NCBI GenBank assembly: GCA_028821235.1
Contig: JAPPGV010000089.1
Location: forward strand, 93,839 to 157,838
DNA: 64,000 nt
Direction: 5' to 3'
From: a bacterium
GTDB lineage: Bacteria > Actinomycetota > Acidimicrobiia > Spongiisociales > Spongiisociaceae
The notes under the pieces are model-generated. The model had not been told where the DNA came from. It did no database searches and saw only the letters and a program-made list of their open reading frames with translations. The stretch's first letter is position 1; every line of letters begins with the position of its first letter. The position numbers and the translations under genes are program-made. Of this stretch, positions 8,172-16,117 are shown piece by piece.

Positions 8172-9320
8172 GTGAGGTTGCTGGAACACGAGTCCAAGGC
8201 CCGCCTGGCCAGGGCCGGGGTCAGGGTTCCGCGGGGTGCCGTCGCCACCACACCGGAACAGGCTGGGTCTGCCGCGCGGGCTCTGGACGGCGAGGTCTTC
8301 GTCAAGGCGTTGGTCCCGGCGAACCGGCGGTCCAAGAACAATGGCGTGATAGGCCCCATCGGACGGGACGCCGCGGCGCGAGCGGCGCATGAGTTGCTCG
8401 GTTCCCGGATCCTGGGCCATCGGTGCCGGTCGGTCTACGTGGAGGAGGCTGTCGCCGTGGCCGGAGAGCTCTATACCGCCTTCTCGTGGGGTCCTCGCGG
8501 TCCCCGGGTCACCGCATCCGGCGCAGGAGGTGTTGACATCGAGAGCTCGGGCGATGCGATGGTTCACCTTGACCTCGAGGGGTTGGCAGAACTGCCCCAA
8601 GACGGGGCGGAGCGTCTCTGGCGGCGGGCGCTGGGCGACGCCCGGGTCCCACCTGCGCTGGTCGAGCTGACCGTGTCGGCAGCCGGCGTCTTCTTCGACG
8701 ATGCGCTGCTGGTGGAACTGAACCCGCTGGCCAGGTCGGCCGACGGGTTGTTCATCGCAGTCGGAGCGCTGATCGAGATGGACGGCAACGCCCTCTTCAG
8801 GCATCCGGAACTCCGATGGCGTCCCGACGGGTTCAGCGAGCGGGAGGCCGTCGTGGCAGAGGCCGATCGCCGGCTTCCGGGCGCCTCCGTACGTTACGTG
8901 GAACTCGACGGTGATACGGGGCTGCTGGTGGGCGGGGGCGGCGCCGGGCTCTACCAGCACGATCTGCTGGTCCAAGCGGGTATGCGACCGGCCAACCACA
9001 GCGACCTGGGCGCCGGGGTATCGGCCGAGAAGCTGGACGTGCTGATCGAGGCCGTGCTCGGCCACCCCAACCTCTCGCGTCTGCTGGTCAGCTTCAACAT
9101 CCTCCAGCTGGCCCCTTGCGACCTCATCATGGAGAGACTCCTGATGGGGCTGGACCGGCTCGGAGACCGAGACGGTCCGATCCCGGTGGTGGTCCGGCTA
9201 GAGGGGCTCAACGCCGATCGGGCCCGGAGGCTGGCGGCAGGACGGGCCGGTTTGCGGTACCTTCCGTCCGGAGCGAGTCTGGGAGAGGCCGTGGACACCT
9301 TGGTCAGGATCAGCCGGTGA
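8172..9320 (+). CDS. succinyl-CoA synthetase beta-subunit-like protein (SucC-like ATP-grasp subunit of an ADP-forming acid--CoA ligase)
   Basis: GTG start; N-terminal MRLLEHESKARLARAGVRVPRG aligns with the SucC start MNLHEYQAK.LL..YG.PVP. Length of 382 aa is typical for SucC. Divergently oriented to the amidohydrolase gene. Substrate is unknown. Confidence 0.8.
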   Translation: MRLLEHESKARLARAGVRVPRGAVATTPEQAGSAARALDGEVFVKALVPANRRSKNNGVIGPIGRDAAARAAHELLGSRILGHRCRSVYVEEAVAVAGELYTAFSWGPRGPRVTASGAGGVDIESSGDAMVHLDLEGLAELPQDGAERLWRRALGDARVPPALVELTVSAAGVFFDDALLVELNPLARSADGLFIAVGALIEMDGNALFRHPELRWRPDGFSEREAVVAEADRRLPGASVRYVELDGDTGLLVGGGGAGLYQHDLLVQAGMRPANHSDLGAGVSAEKLDVLIEAVLGHPNLSRLLVSFNILQLAPCDLIMERLLMGLDRLGDRDGPIPVVVRLEGLNADRARRLAAGRAGLRYLPSGASLGEAVDTLVRISR

Positions 9321-9535
9321 TCGTCCGCGCCGACATGGCGTCGATCGTCTGGCGGATCACCGTCGCCGAAGGCGAACGGGTGCGAGCCGGGCAGGAGCTC
9401 CTCATCCTCGAGTCGATGAAGATGGAGATGCCCGTCATTGCTCCGGTGGCCGGGACAGTGGTAAACATCCCGGTGGCGGAGGGAGACGTGATCGAGGCCG
9501 GTGACGCGCTGGTGCGGATCGAACGCAGCCGGTGA
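9317..9535 (+). CDS. stand-alone biotin carboxyl carrier protein (biotinyl domain, about 72 aa)
   Basis: GTG start overlapping the sucC-like stop (GTGA). Contains LILESMKMEMPVIAPVAGTV with the MKM biotinylation motif of biotin_lipoyl domains. The alternative ATG at 9335 is in frame. 4-nt overlap with the downstream gene. Confidence 0.7.
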   Translation: MIVRADMASIVWRITVAEGERVRAGQELLILESMKMEMPVIAPVAGTVVNIPVAEGDVIEAGDALVRIERSR

Positions 9536-10419
9536 GCATCCTGGTCGACGAGCGGACCCGGATCCTGGTCCAGGGCATAACCGGCTCCGTGGGCCGGGTG
9601 GATACCCGGCTTTGCCTCGACTACGGATCCCGGATCGTGGCCGGCGTAACGCCCGGACGGGGTGGTGAATCGGTCTCGGGGGTGCCGGTCTTCGATACGG
9701 TGGCCGAAGCAGTCGAGCGGACCGGGGCCACCGCGGCCGTTCAATACGTGCCGGCCCGCCACGCAGCGGACGCGGTGGTCGAGGCGGCCGCCTCCGGCCT
9801 GTCGCCGATCGTGGCCATTGCCGAGAACCTGCCCCGGCAGGATGCCTGGCGGGCCGCCGTCGCCGCTCGGAACGCCGGTTCGGTCCTGATCGGGTTCAAT
9901 ACCAACGGCATCATCTCACCGGGAAGGACGAAGCTGGGGGGCATCGGCGGGCCGCGGCCCGACGACCTGTTCCGCCCCGGAACCGTGGGTGTCTGCTCCC
10001 GGTCGGGGGGAATGTCCGCCGAGATCGCGCGTTCGTTAGCCAGGGCCGGCAGCGGGGTCTCTACCTGCGTCTCGATGGGAGGGGAGTCGATCACCGGAAG
10101 AACCATGGCCGAGTACGCCCGCTGGTTCGAGGCGGACGAGGCCACCCGCAGCATCGTGGTCTTCGGCGAGCCGGGATCGGAGCATGAGGCCGAAATGGCC
10201 GCCGCCATGGAGCGCGGCGAGGTGACCAAACCGGTCGTGGCGATGATCGTGGGCCAGTTCCAGGACGCCTACCCGGCCGGATCCTCCTTCGGCCACCTAT
10301 CGGCGATGGTACGGCTCGATACCGACCGTGCGGTGGTTAAACGTGACATGCTGGCGGCCGCCGGAGCGCTGATCGCGGAGCGTGTCGAGGACATTCCCGA
10401 TCTCTTGGGAGGGTGCTGA
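9532..10419 (+). CDS. succinyl-CoA synthetase alpha-subunit-like protein (SucD-like CoA-binding/phosphohistidine subunit)
   Basis: GTG start overlapping the previous stop (GTGA). MSILVDERTRILVQGITGSVG...GVTPGRGG...PVF matches the SucD N-terminus MSILV.K.TKVIVQG.TG..G...GVTPGKGG almost motif for motif. CSRSG and MGG motifs are present. Confidence 0.85.
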   Translation: MSILVDERTRILVQGITGSVGRVDTRLCLDYGSRIVAGVTPGRGGESVSGVPVFDTVAEAVERTGATAAVQYVPARHAADAVVEAAASGLSPIVAIAENLPRQDAWRAAVAARNAGSVLIGFNTNGIISPGRTKLGGIGGPRPDDLFRPGTVGVCSRSGGMSAEIARSLARAGSGVSTCVSMGGESITGRTMAEYARWFEADEATRSIVVFGEPGSEHEAEMAAAMERGEVTKPVVAMIVGQFQDAYPAGSSFGHLSAMVRLDTDRAVVKRDMLAAAGALIAERVEDIPDLLGGC

Positions 10420-10472
10420 AAAAGACGGGGTTTGGTTGGCCCGCGATGCCCCTACCTGGGGTTTTGTTTCCG
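10393..10472 (+). promoter_or_regulatory. conserved ~80-nt upstream element, copy B, in the leader of the carboxyltransferase gene
   Basis: cttgggagggtgctgaaaaagacggggtttggttggcccgcgatgcccctacctggggttttgtttccggctctcgggcc. The same blocks as copy A (aaagacg, ggttggcccgcgat, acctggg, ttt.gtt.ccgg, cgggcc) are conserved. It lies 63 nt before the GTG at 10536 and is followed by the ACCCT-cgt-AGGGT hairpin and the GGAGG SD. Its 5' end overlaps the last codons of the sucD-like gene. Confidence 0.5.
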
Positions 10473-10535
10473 GCTCTCGGGCCAACGGGACATTCTTCAG
10501 TACCCTCGTAGGGTCATGAGCAGGATGGAGGCGAA

Positions 10536-12092
10536 GTGATCTGGGACCCCGAACTCGAGGAGATGGAGCGCCGGAAGGTGTATGCGCTCTCGATGGGCGG
10601 GGAGGAGGCCGTGGCCCGCCAGCACGACGCCGGTCGGCTCACCGCCAGGGAGAGGCTCAGCCTACTGCTCGACGAGGGTACCTGGCAGGAGATCGGGACC
10701 TTCACCGGTGCGGCCACCTACGACGCGGAGGGCCGGCTCGTGACCGTGAAACCGGCCAACACCATCATCGGCACCGGCCGGGTCCGCGGTCGCCGGGTGG
10801 CCGTCGAAGCCGACGACTACACGATCAGGGGAGGTTCGACGGAAGCGCAGATCTCCGAGAAGTGGGAGTTCATCAACCGGTACGCATTGGAGATGCGGAT
10901 GCCGATGATCCGTCTCGTGGAGAATGTCGGCGGAAGTGTCCGCCTGCTCGAGAAGATGGGGCGGACCAAGATCCCCGGGTACCGCATGTGGCCCCTCGCC
11001 GGGATGCTCGGCTACGTACCTGTGGTGGCCCTGGTGCTAGGTCCGTCAGCAGGTCTCGGTCCTATGAAGGCCGCCAGCAGCCACTTCTCGGTGATGGTCC
11101 GCGGCACCAGCCAGGTGTTCGCCGCCGGCCCTCCGGTGGCGCGGGTCGCCCTGGGCCGGGACATCGATAAGGAGGAACTGGGAGGCGCCCACATCCACAC
11201 CGAGGAGAGCGGAGTCATCGATAACGCGACCGACTCGGAGGAGGAGGCGATCTGCCAGGCAAAGCGGTTCCTGTCGTACCTGCCGCAGAGTGTCTTCGAG
11301 TTGCCCCCCCGCCAACCCGGCGACGACTCTCCCGACCGCGCCGAGGACGAGTTGGCCTCGATCATCCCGCGGAATCAGCGCCGGGTCTACGACTCGCGGA
11401 GGCTCCTCTCGCTGGTCTTCGACCGCGGCACGCTCTTCGAGATCGCTCCCGCCTACGGACCTTCATCCATCACGATGCTGGCCCGCCTCAACGGTTATCC
11501 GGTCGGCGTGATCGCCAACGATCCCTACCGGTTCGGGGGCGGTCTGACCCGCGCCGCTGCAGAGAAGGTCGAGACTTTCGTGGATCTCTGTGACACCTTC
11601 CACGTTCCGATCGTGAACTTCGTGGACCAGCCCGGCACCGTGATCGGGCTGGAAGCCGAGCGCGAAGGGGCAGTGCGAGGGACCATCCGCCTCATCTCCG
11701 CCATCGAGCAGTCGCGGGTTCCGTGGTGCGGCATGATCGTGCGAAGGCTCTTCGGTCTGGCGGGCACCAGCTACGGTCGGCTGCAGGGCTTGAACCTTCA
11801 CTACGCCTGGCCGTCTGCCCGGTGGGGTTCCATCCCGATCCAGGGCGGGGTACGAGCCGCTTTCCGCCGGGAACTCGACGCCCTGCCACCAGACGAAGCG
11901 GCGGAAAGGCTTGCCCGGCTGGAGGAGCAATACGACGGGCTGTCGTCGCCGTTCCGGACGGCAGAGGCTTTTGGAGTGCCGGAGATCATCGACCCCCGCC
12001 GGACCAGGCCCATCCTGTGCCAATGGATCGAGGACGCCTATGCCGTGCTACCCGAGCAACTGGGGCCGACAGCCCGTACCATGCGCAGGTAG
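10536..12092 (+). CDS. acyl-CoA carboxyltransferase (PccB/AccD/12S transcarboxylase-like CT subunit)
   Basis: GTG start with GGAGG SD 5 nt upstream. N-terminal GGEEAVARQHDAGRLTARERLSLLLDEG is the classic propionyl-CoA carboxylase beta / methylmalonyl-CoA carboxyltransferase signature. 518 aa covers both CT halves. Confidence 0.9.
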   Translation: MIWDPELEEMERRKVYALSMGGEEAVARQHDAGRLTARERLSLLLDEGTWQEIGTFTGAATYDAEGRLVTVKPANTIIGTGRVRGRRVAVEADDYTIRGGSTEAQISEKWEFINRYALEMRMPMIRLVENVGGSVRLLEKMGRTKIPGYRMWPLAGMLGYVPVVALVLGPSAGLGPMKAASSHFSVMVRGTSQVFAAGPPVARVALGRDIDKEELGGAHIHTEESGVIDNATDSEEEAICQAKRFLSYLPQSVFELPPRQPGDDSPDRAEDELASIIPRNQRRVYDSRRLLSLVFDRGTLFEIAPAYGPSSITMLARLNGYPVGVIANDPYRFGGGLTRAAAEKVETFVDLCDTFHVPIVNFVDQPGTVIGLEAEREGAVRGTIRLISAIEQSRVPWCGMIVRRLFGLAGTSYGRLQGLNLHYAWPSARWGSIPIQGGVRAAFRRELDALPPDEAAERLARLEEQYDGLSSPFRTAEAFGVPEIIDPRRTRPILCQWIEDAYAVLPEQLGPTARTMRR

Positions 12093-12179
12093 CCAGGAGG
12101 AGACGGTTGTGGCGCCGGTGGCGCGATCCCACCTGCTTACCCGAGACCTGGAGAGGCCCACTGCGAAAGCGAGGAGATA

Positions 12180-13529
12180 GTGGCTGATCGGATCATCATC
12201 GAGAACGCTGCCATCGTGACGATGAACGAGGAGGACGATGTCATCTTCGACGGATCGATGGTCATCGAGGGCAACCGGTTAGTCGCCGTCGGAGGATCCG
12301 AGGCGGCGTCCGGATACGACCGCGCCACCGCGAAGGTCATCGACGCCGGCGGCAAAGCGGCGCTGCCGGGATTCGTCGACCTCCACTACCACACCGCCAT
12401 CGGAAAGGGCTACTGCGACCATCTGGATCTGTGGGAGATCCTGCAGGGGTTCTGGTATCCCATGATCCGGGCGATCAATCCCGAAGAGGCCTACTGGGCG
12501 GCCATGGCCAGTTACAGCGAGTCTCTGAAGGCCGGTGTCACCACCGCCAACGACATGTTCCGCCAACTCCCGGCCCTGGCGCGGGCGGCAGTCGACAGCG
12601 GGATCCGGGTGGTTCTCTCCAACGACATAGCCGACCCGGAGCACGACCTCGACGTGATCGAGGACAACGAATCGGCCTACCACGAGTGCCACGGGATGGG
12701 CGACGGGCGGGTGGAGGTCTACGTGGGTATCGAGTGGCTACCCCTCGCGTCCGAGCAACTGCTGGTGGACTGCCGGGCGCTGGCCGACCAGCTTGGGACC
12801 GGTATCCACATCCACCTGAACGAGTCCCTCGGCGAGGTCGAGATCTCCAAGCAGGCGTTCGGCGGCCGCCGGCCCACCGAGGTGGCATACGACACCGGGA
12901 TCCTGGGACCGGATTGCGTGGCCGCCCACTGCGTGCACCTATCGGACCGGGAGATCGGGCTCATGAGCGAGACAGGAACCCATATCTCCCACAACCCCAC
13001 CTCCAATGCCAAGCTCGGCAACGGTATCGCCCGGCTGCCCGAGATGCTGGAGGCAGGCCTCAACGTCGGCCTGGGCCACGACTCGGCGGAGGGAACCAAC
13101 AGTTGCGACCTGTTCCAGGTGATGAAGTGGGCGTCGTTGGTTCATCGGGCCGAGCGGAAGGACGCGTCGATCCTGCAGGCGCCCGCCATCCTGGGCATGG
13201 CGACCAGGAACGGCGCGCGTGCCCTCGGCCACGAGACGGGCGAGTTGAGCGTAGGAAAGGTGGCGGACGTGATCCTGGTCAACCTGCAGAACCACCACTT
13301 CACCCCTTGGGTGCCGGGCAACAAGATCCACCTCATGTCACACCTGGTCTACAGCGCGGAGAGCGCCGCGGTCGACACGACCATCGTGGACGGCACGGTG
13401 GTGATGGAAGGGCGCGAGTTCCTGGTCTTCGACGAGGAGGAGGTGCTGGCGAAGGCGACCGAGAGCTTCTTCACCTGCATCGACCGGATGGAGGTCCCCG
13501 AGGAGTACGCCGGGCTTCTCGATCGCTAG
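12180..13529 (+). CDS. amidohydrolase, TRZ/ATZ family (guanine/MTA-deaminase, chlorohydrolase-like)
   Basis: GTG start with GAGGAG SD. MADRIIIENAAIVTMNEE, LPGFVDLHYHTAIG (HxH), HIHLNES, GHD and VADVILV motifs characteristic of TRZ/ATZ-family amidohydrolases (MtaD/SsnA/AtzA-like). Confidence 0.85.
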   Translation: MADRIIIENAAIVTMNEEDDVIFDGSMVIEGNRLVAVGGSEAASGYDRATAKVIDAGGKAALPGFVDLHYHTAIGKGYCDHLDLWEILQGFWYPMIRAINPEEAYWAAMASYSESLKAGVTTANDMFRQLPALARAAVDSGIRVVLSNDIADPEHDLDVIEDNESAYHECHGMGDGRVEVYVGIEWLPLASEQLLVDCRALADQLGTGIHIHLNESLGEVEISKQAFGGRRPTEVAYDTGILGPDCVAAHCVHLSDREIGLMSETGTHISHNPTSNAKLGNGIARLPEMLEAGLNVGLGHDSAEGTNSCDLFQVMKWASLVHRAERKDASILQAPAILGMATRNGARALGHETGELSVGKVADVILVNLQNHHFTPWVPGNKIHLMSHLVYSAESAAVDTTIVDGTVVMEGREFLVFDEEEVLAKATESFFTCIDRMEVPEEYAGLLDR

Positions 13530-13603
13530 TTGCTAGGTATTAGATTTTGGTGATTGATTAGATCATATTGAGGTGTACTGACCGCTGGCCACAACCCTAG
13601 GGA

Positions 13604-14038
13604 CTAGCCATCTGGCGTTTCCACTAGTTCCACGAGCAGGCCGTCGAACTCGCGGGGGTGGACGAATGCGATCATCGTGCCCATCCCGCCGGGACGGGGC
13701 TGCTCGTCGATGAGTTGAACGCCCACGCTGGCGAGCCGCCGGAGGCATTCCCCGATGTCCTCCACCTCGAAGGCGATGTGGTGGAGAGCGGAGCCGCGCT
13801 TGTCTACGAACTTGCCTACGACCCCGGGGCCGGTCGCTTCGAGGGTCTGGACGAAGCCGTCCCCGACCGGGAGCATCCTCTCGGTGAATCCCGGTCCGTC
13901 CTCCTCGTGGCAGACCGGAACGCCCAGCAGCTCAGCGAACCGTTCGTGTGGCGCAGACGTCGGGGTGTGCGCGAAGGCGACATGGTGGATCCTGAGCAGC
14001 GGCGGCCACCACGGGGAAGGGGTCGGTTCCTGGACCAT
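13604..14038 (-). CDS. VOC/glyoxalase-family protein, methylmalonyl-CoA epimerase-like
   Basis: Start at internal Met MVQEPTPSPWWPPLLRIHHVAFAH (ATG 14036-14038), overlapping the stop of the upstream LLM gene (TAATG). HHVAF...LHHIAFEVEDI...VQLID motifs resemble methylmalonyl-CoA epimerase. The rest of the 447-aa track ORF is low-complexity. Confidence 0.65.
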   Translation of the reverse strand: MVQEPTPSPWWPPLLRIHHVAFAHTPTSAPHERFAELLGVPVCHEEDGPGFTERMLPVGDGFVQTLEATGPGVVGKFVDKRGSALHHIAFEVEDIGECLRRLASVGVQLIDEQPRPGGMGTMIAFVHPREFDGLLVELVETPDG

Positions 14039-15021
14039 TACAGGCGGGAGAAGACCCTGGAGAACGCCTCGACGGTCTCCCGGCGCCGGGAACCGAGCGG
14101 GAACACCGTCACCGAATCCACTCCCAGGTCGGCCAGGGTCCGGAGGTGGGCCATCGCTTGGTCGCTGTCGCCGGCGAAGGCCATCTTCTCGACGAATTCC
14201 CGGGGCATGATCGAAGCCGCGGCGAGTGCCTCCTGGAACTCGCCTCCTGCATACCGAGCCTTGACGTCGGCCGAGATGGCGGGGTCCAGACCGGCCAACT
14301 CGCAGTAGACCGGCGCGGTCTGGGGGAACCAGGCGGCGATCGAGCGGGCCGCCTGCAGGGCGCCGGCGGGATCGTCGTCGTCTATCGCTCCGTAGCCGAA
14401 GACGGACACGTGGGGGCGGGACCGGCCTGCTCGCTCGGCGCCCCGGTCGATGTGCTCCAACCCGTAGGCGACCCCGTCCCGGAACAGGCCGCCCAGGAAG
14501 ATGACCCCGTCGGCGATCTCGCCGGCCAACTCCAGGGTCTTGGGTCCGCTCGCCGAGATGAACACCGGGATCCGGTATGAGGCTTCGAACCGAAGGTGGG
14601 CGTCGTCCATAGTGAACCCAGCCCCTTCGTAGGTGACGTGTTCGCCGGCAAGGAGCCGGCGGATAACCTCGATCGACTGGCGCATCTCCAGGAGCCGGGC
14701 GGGCCGCAGGCCGAGGGAGCGGAGCGGGCGATCGCCCGCTCCGATACCGAGGACCGTCCTTCCCGGCGCCAACTCCTCGAGGCTGGCTGCATTGACGGCC
14801 ACGATGCCGGGATGGCGGGTCTGCGGGTTGGTCACCGCGGTTCCCAGCACCATGCGGGTGGTCAACCTCGCCGCCAGCGTCAGGTGCATGTAGGGGTTTC
14901 GGGTGTGGAGGGAGGAGTCGGTGAGCCAGAGGTAGTCGTACCCGCACCGGTCGACTACCCGGACCATGTCCTCGAATACGTGGGGAGGGTAACGACCCTG
15001 TAGGGCTACACCGGTCTGCAT
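14038..15021 (-). CDS. LLM-class flavin/F420-dependent oxidoreductase (luciferase-like monooxygenase family)
   Basis: Start at internal Met MQTGVALQGRYPPHVFEDMVRVVDRCGYDYLWLTDS (ATG 15019-15021, AGGAAGG SD upstream), 4 nt after the stop of the M20 gene. TIM-barrel LLM motifs are present. The track N-terminal 135 codons are spurious. Confidence 0.75.
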   Translation of the reverse strand: MQTGVALQGRYPPHVFEDMVRVVDRCGYDYLWLTDSSLHTRNPYMHLTLAARLTTRMVLGTAVTNPQTRHPGIVAVNAASLEELAPGRTVLGIGAGDRPLRSLGLRPARLLEMRQSIEVIRRLLAGEHVTYEGAGFTMDDAHLRFEASYRIPVFISASGPKTLELAGEIADGVIFLGGLFRDGVAYGLEHIDRGAERAGRSRPHVSVFGYGAIDDDDPAGALQAARSIAAWFPQTAPVYCELAGLDPAISADVKARYAGGEFQEALAAASIMPREFVEKMAFAGDSDQAMAHLRTLADLGVDSVTVFPLGSRRRETVEAFSRVFSRL

Positions 15022-15025
15022 ACGG

Positions 15026-16117
15026 TCATCCTGCCTTCCTGTCGTAGCGGAGGATGGTATCGGCCAGCGCGGCGAGTCCGGTTCCGATCGGTTCGGTCTC
15101 GATCCACTCCCCGGGTGTGTGCTCGCCGGATCCGAACGTGATGCCGATGGTGACCGCCGGAATGCCGGCCGCGTAGGCGGCGTTGGCGTCAGTGCTGGCT
15201 GCGACGTGCGCCGCATCGATCCCGACCGCGGCCAGGGCGGCGTCGGCGGCCGCCACCAGAGGATGCGTCTCCGGGATCGACCCGGCAGGCCGCTTGCCCA
15301 GTTCCTGGTAGGTCGCCGCCAGCTGTGACTCGGCCTCCACCACGCGGCGCGCCGAGGCATCGAGGTGGTCAAGGACCTCCGGGTCGGCGGAGCGGATGTC
15401 GACCCGCAGCGCTGCGCGGCGGGCACGAGCGTTGATCGACTCGCCCCCCTCGATGTGTCCTACGTTGAGCGAGCACCGGGCTCGGGACCTGGCGTCCGGC
15501 AGGAGATGTTCCAGGCCCACGATGATCCTCGCCAGGTCGTGGATGGCGCTGGGCGCGTCAGCAGCCTCCCAGGCGTGCCCTCCCGGACCCTCGAGTTCGA
15601 CCAGCCGGCGGACCGACCCGACACCCACCGTCGCCACCCGTCCGAGGTAGTTGCCCTCCAGCGCGATGAACGCGCTCATCCCGGCCGGAGGATGCTCCAC
15701 GAGGTGGAGTGCTCCGGCGAGGTTGCCTAGGCCCTCCTCGCCGGTGGTGGCCGCTATCCACACCGGCCGCGACAGGTCCTCCGGCAGGAGGCGGTCGAGC
15801 AGTGACAGGGCAGCGATGGCCACGGTGTTATCACCGACCCCGACACCATGGAGACGGCCGTCCCGCTGCTCGGTCCCATGGGGGATGTCCCGGCCGAAAA
15901 CCGTGTCGAGGTGGGCGGCCACGAACGTTGCCGGACCTTCTCCCGCACGGAGTCGGGCGACAACGTTTCCCGCCCGGTCGACCTGCGGCCGTAGCCCGTC
16001 CGCGCGCCACCACCGTTCTACGACGGTTACCCGGTCGGCCTCGTCAAGAGGAGGCCCGGGGACTGCTGCCAGCTCGACGGTCCGTGCGAGGATGACCGCG
16101 GCTGCATCTTCGGTCAT
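15026..16117 (-). CDS. M20 family metallopeptidase/amidohydrolase (ArgE/DapE/CPG2-like)
   Basis: 363 aa. HLDTV, GVGDN (His/Asp metal ligands) and EEG motifs of M20 peptidases. Stop overlaps the CoA-transferase start (ATGA). Confidence 0.8.
   Translation of the reverse strand: MTEDAAAVILARTVELAAVPGPPLDEADRVTVVERWWRADGLRPQVDRAGNVVARLRAGEGPATFVAAHLDTVFGRDIPHGTEQRDGRLHGVGVGDNTVAIAALSLLDRLLPEDLSRPVWIAATTGEEGLGNLAGALHLVEHPPAGMSAFIALEGNYLGRVATVGVGSVRRLVELEGPGGHAWEAADAPSAIHDLARIIVGLEHLLPDARSRARCSLNVGHIEGGESINARARRAALRVDIRSADPEVLDHLDASARRVVEAESQLAATYQELGKRPAGSIPETHPLVAAADAALAAVGIDAAHVAASTDANAAYAAGIPAVTIGITFGSGEHTPGEWIETEPIGTGLAALADTILRYDRKAG

Noticed and set aside
9116-9316. Track ORF 9116-9535 (139 aa) as a long biotin-carrier protein.
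   Set aside because: The first 67 codons are antisense-like Arg/Gly/Pro-rich sequence inside the sucC-like gene. The biotinyl domain proper starts at the GTG (9317) or ATG (9335) immediately after the sucC-like stop.
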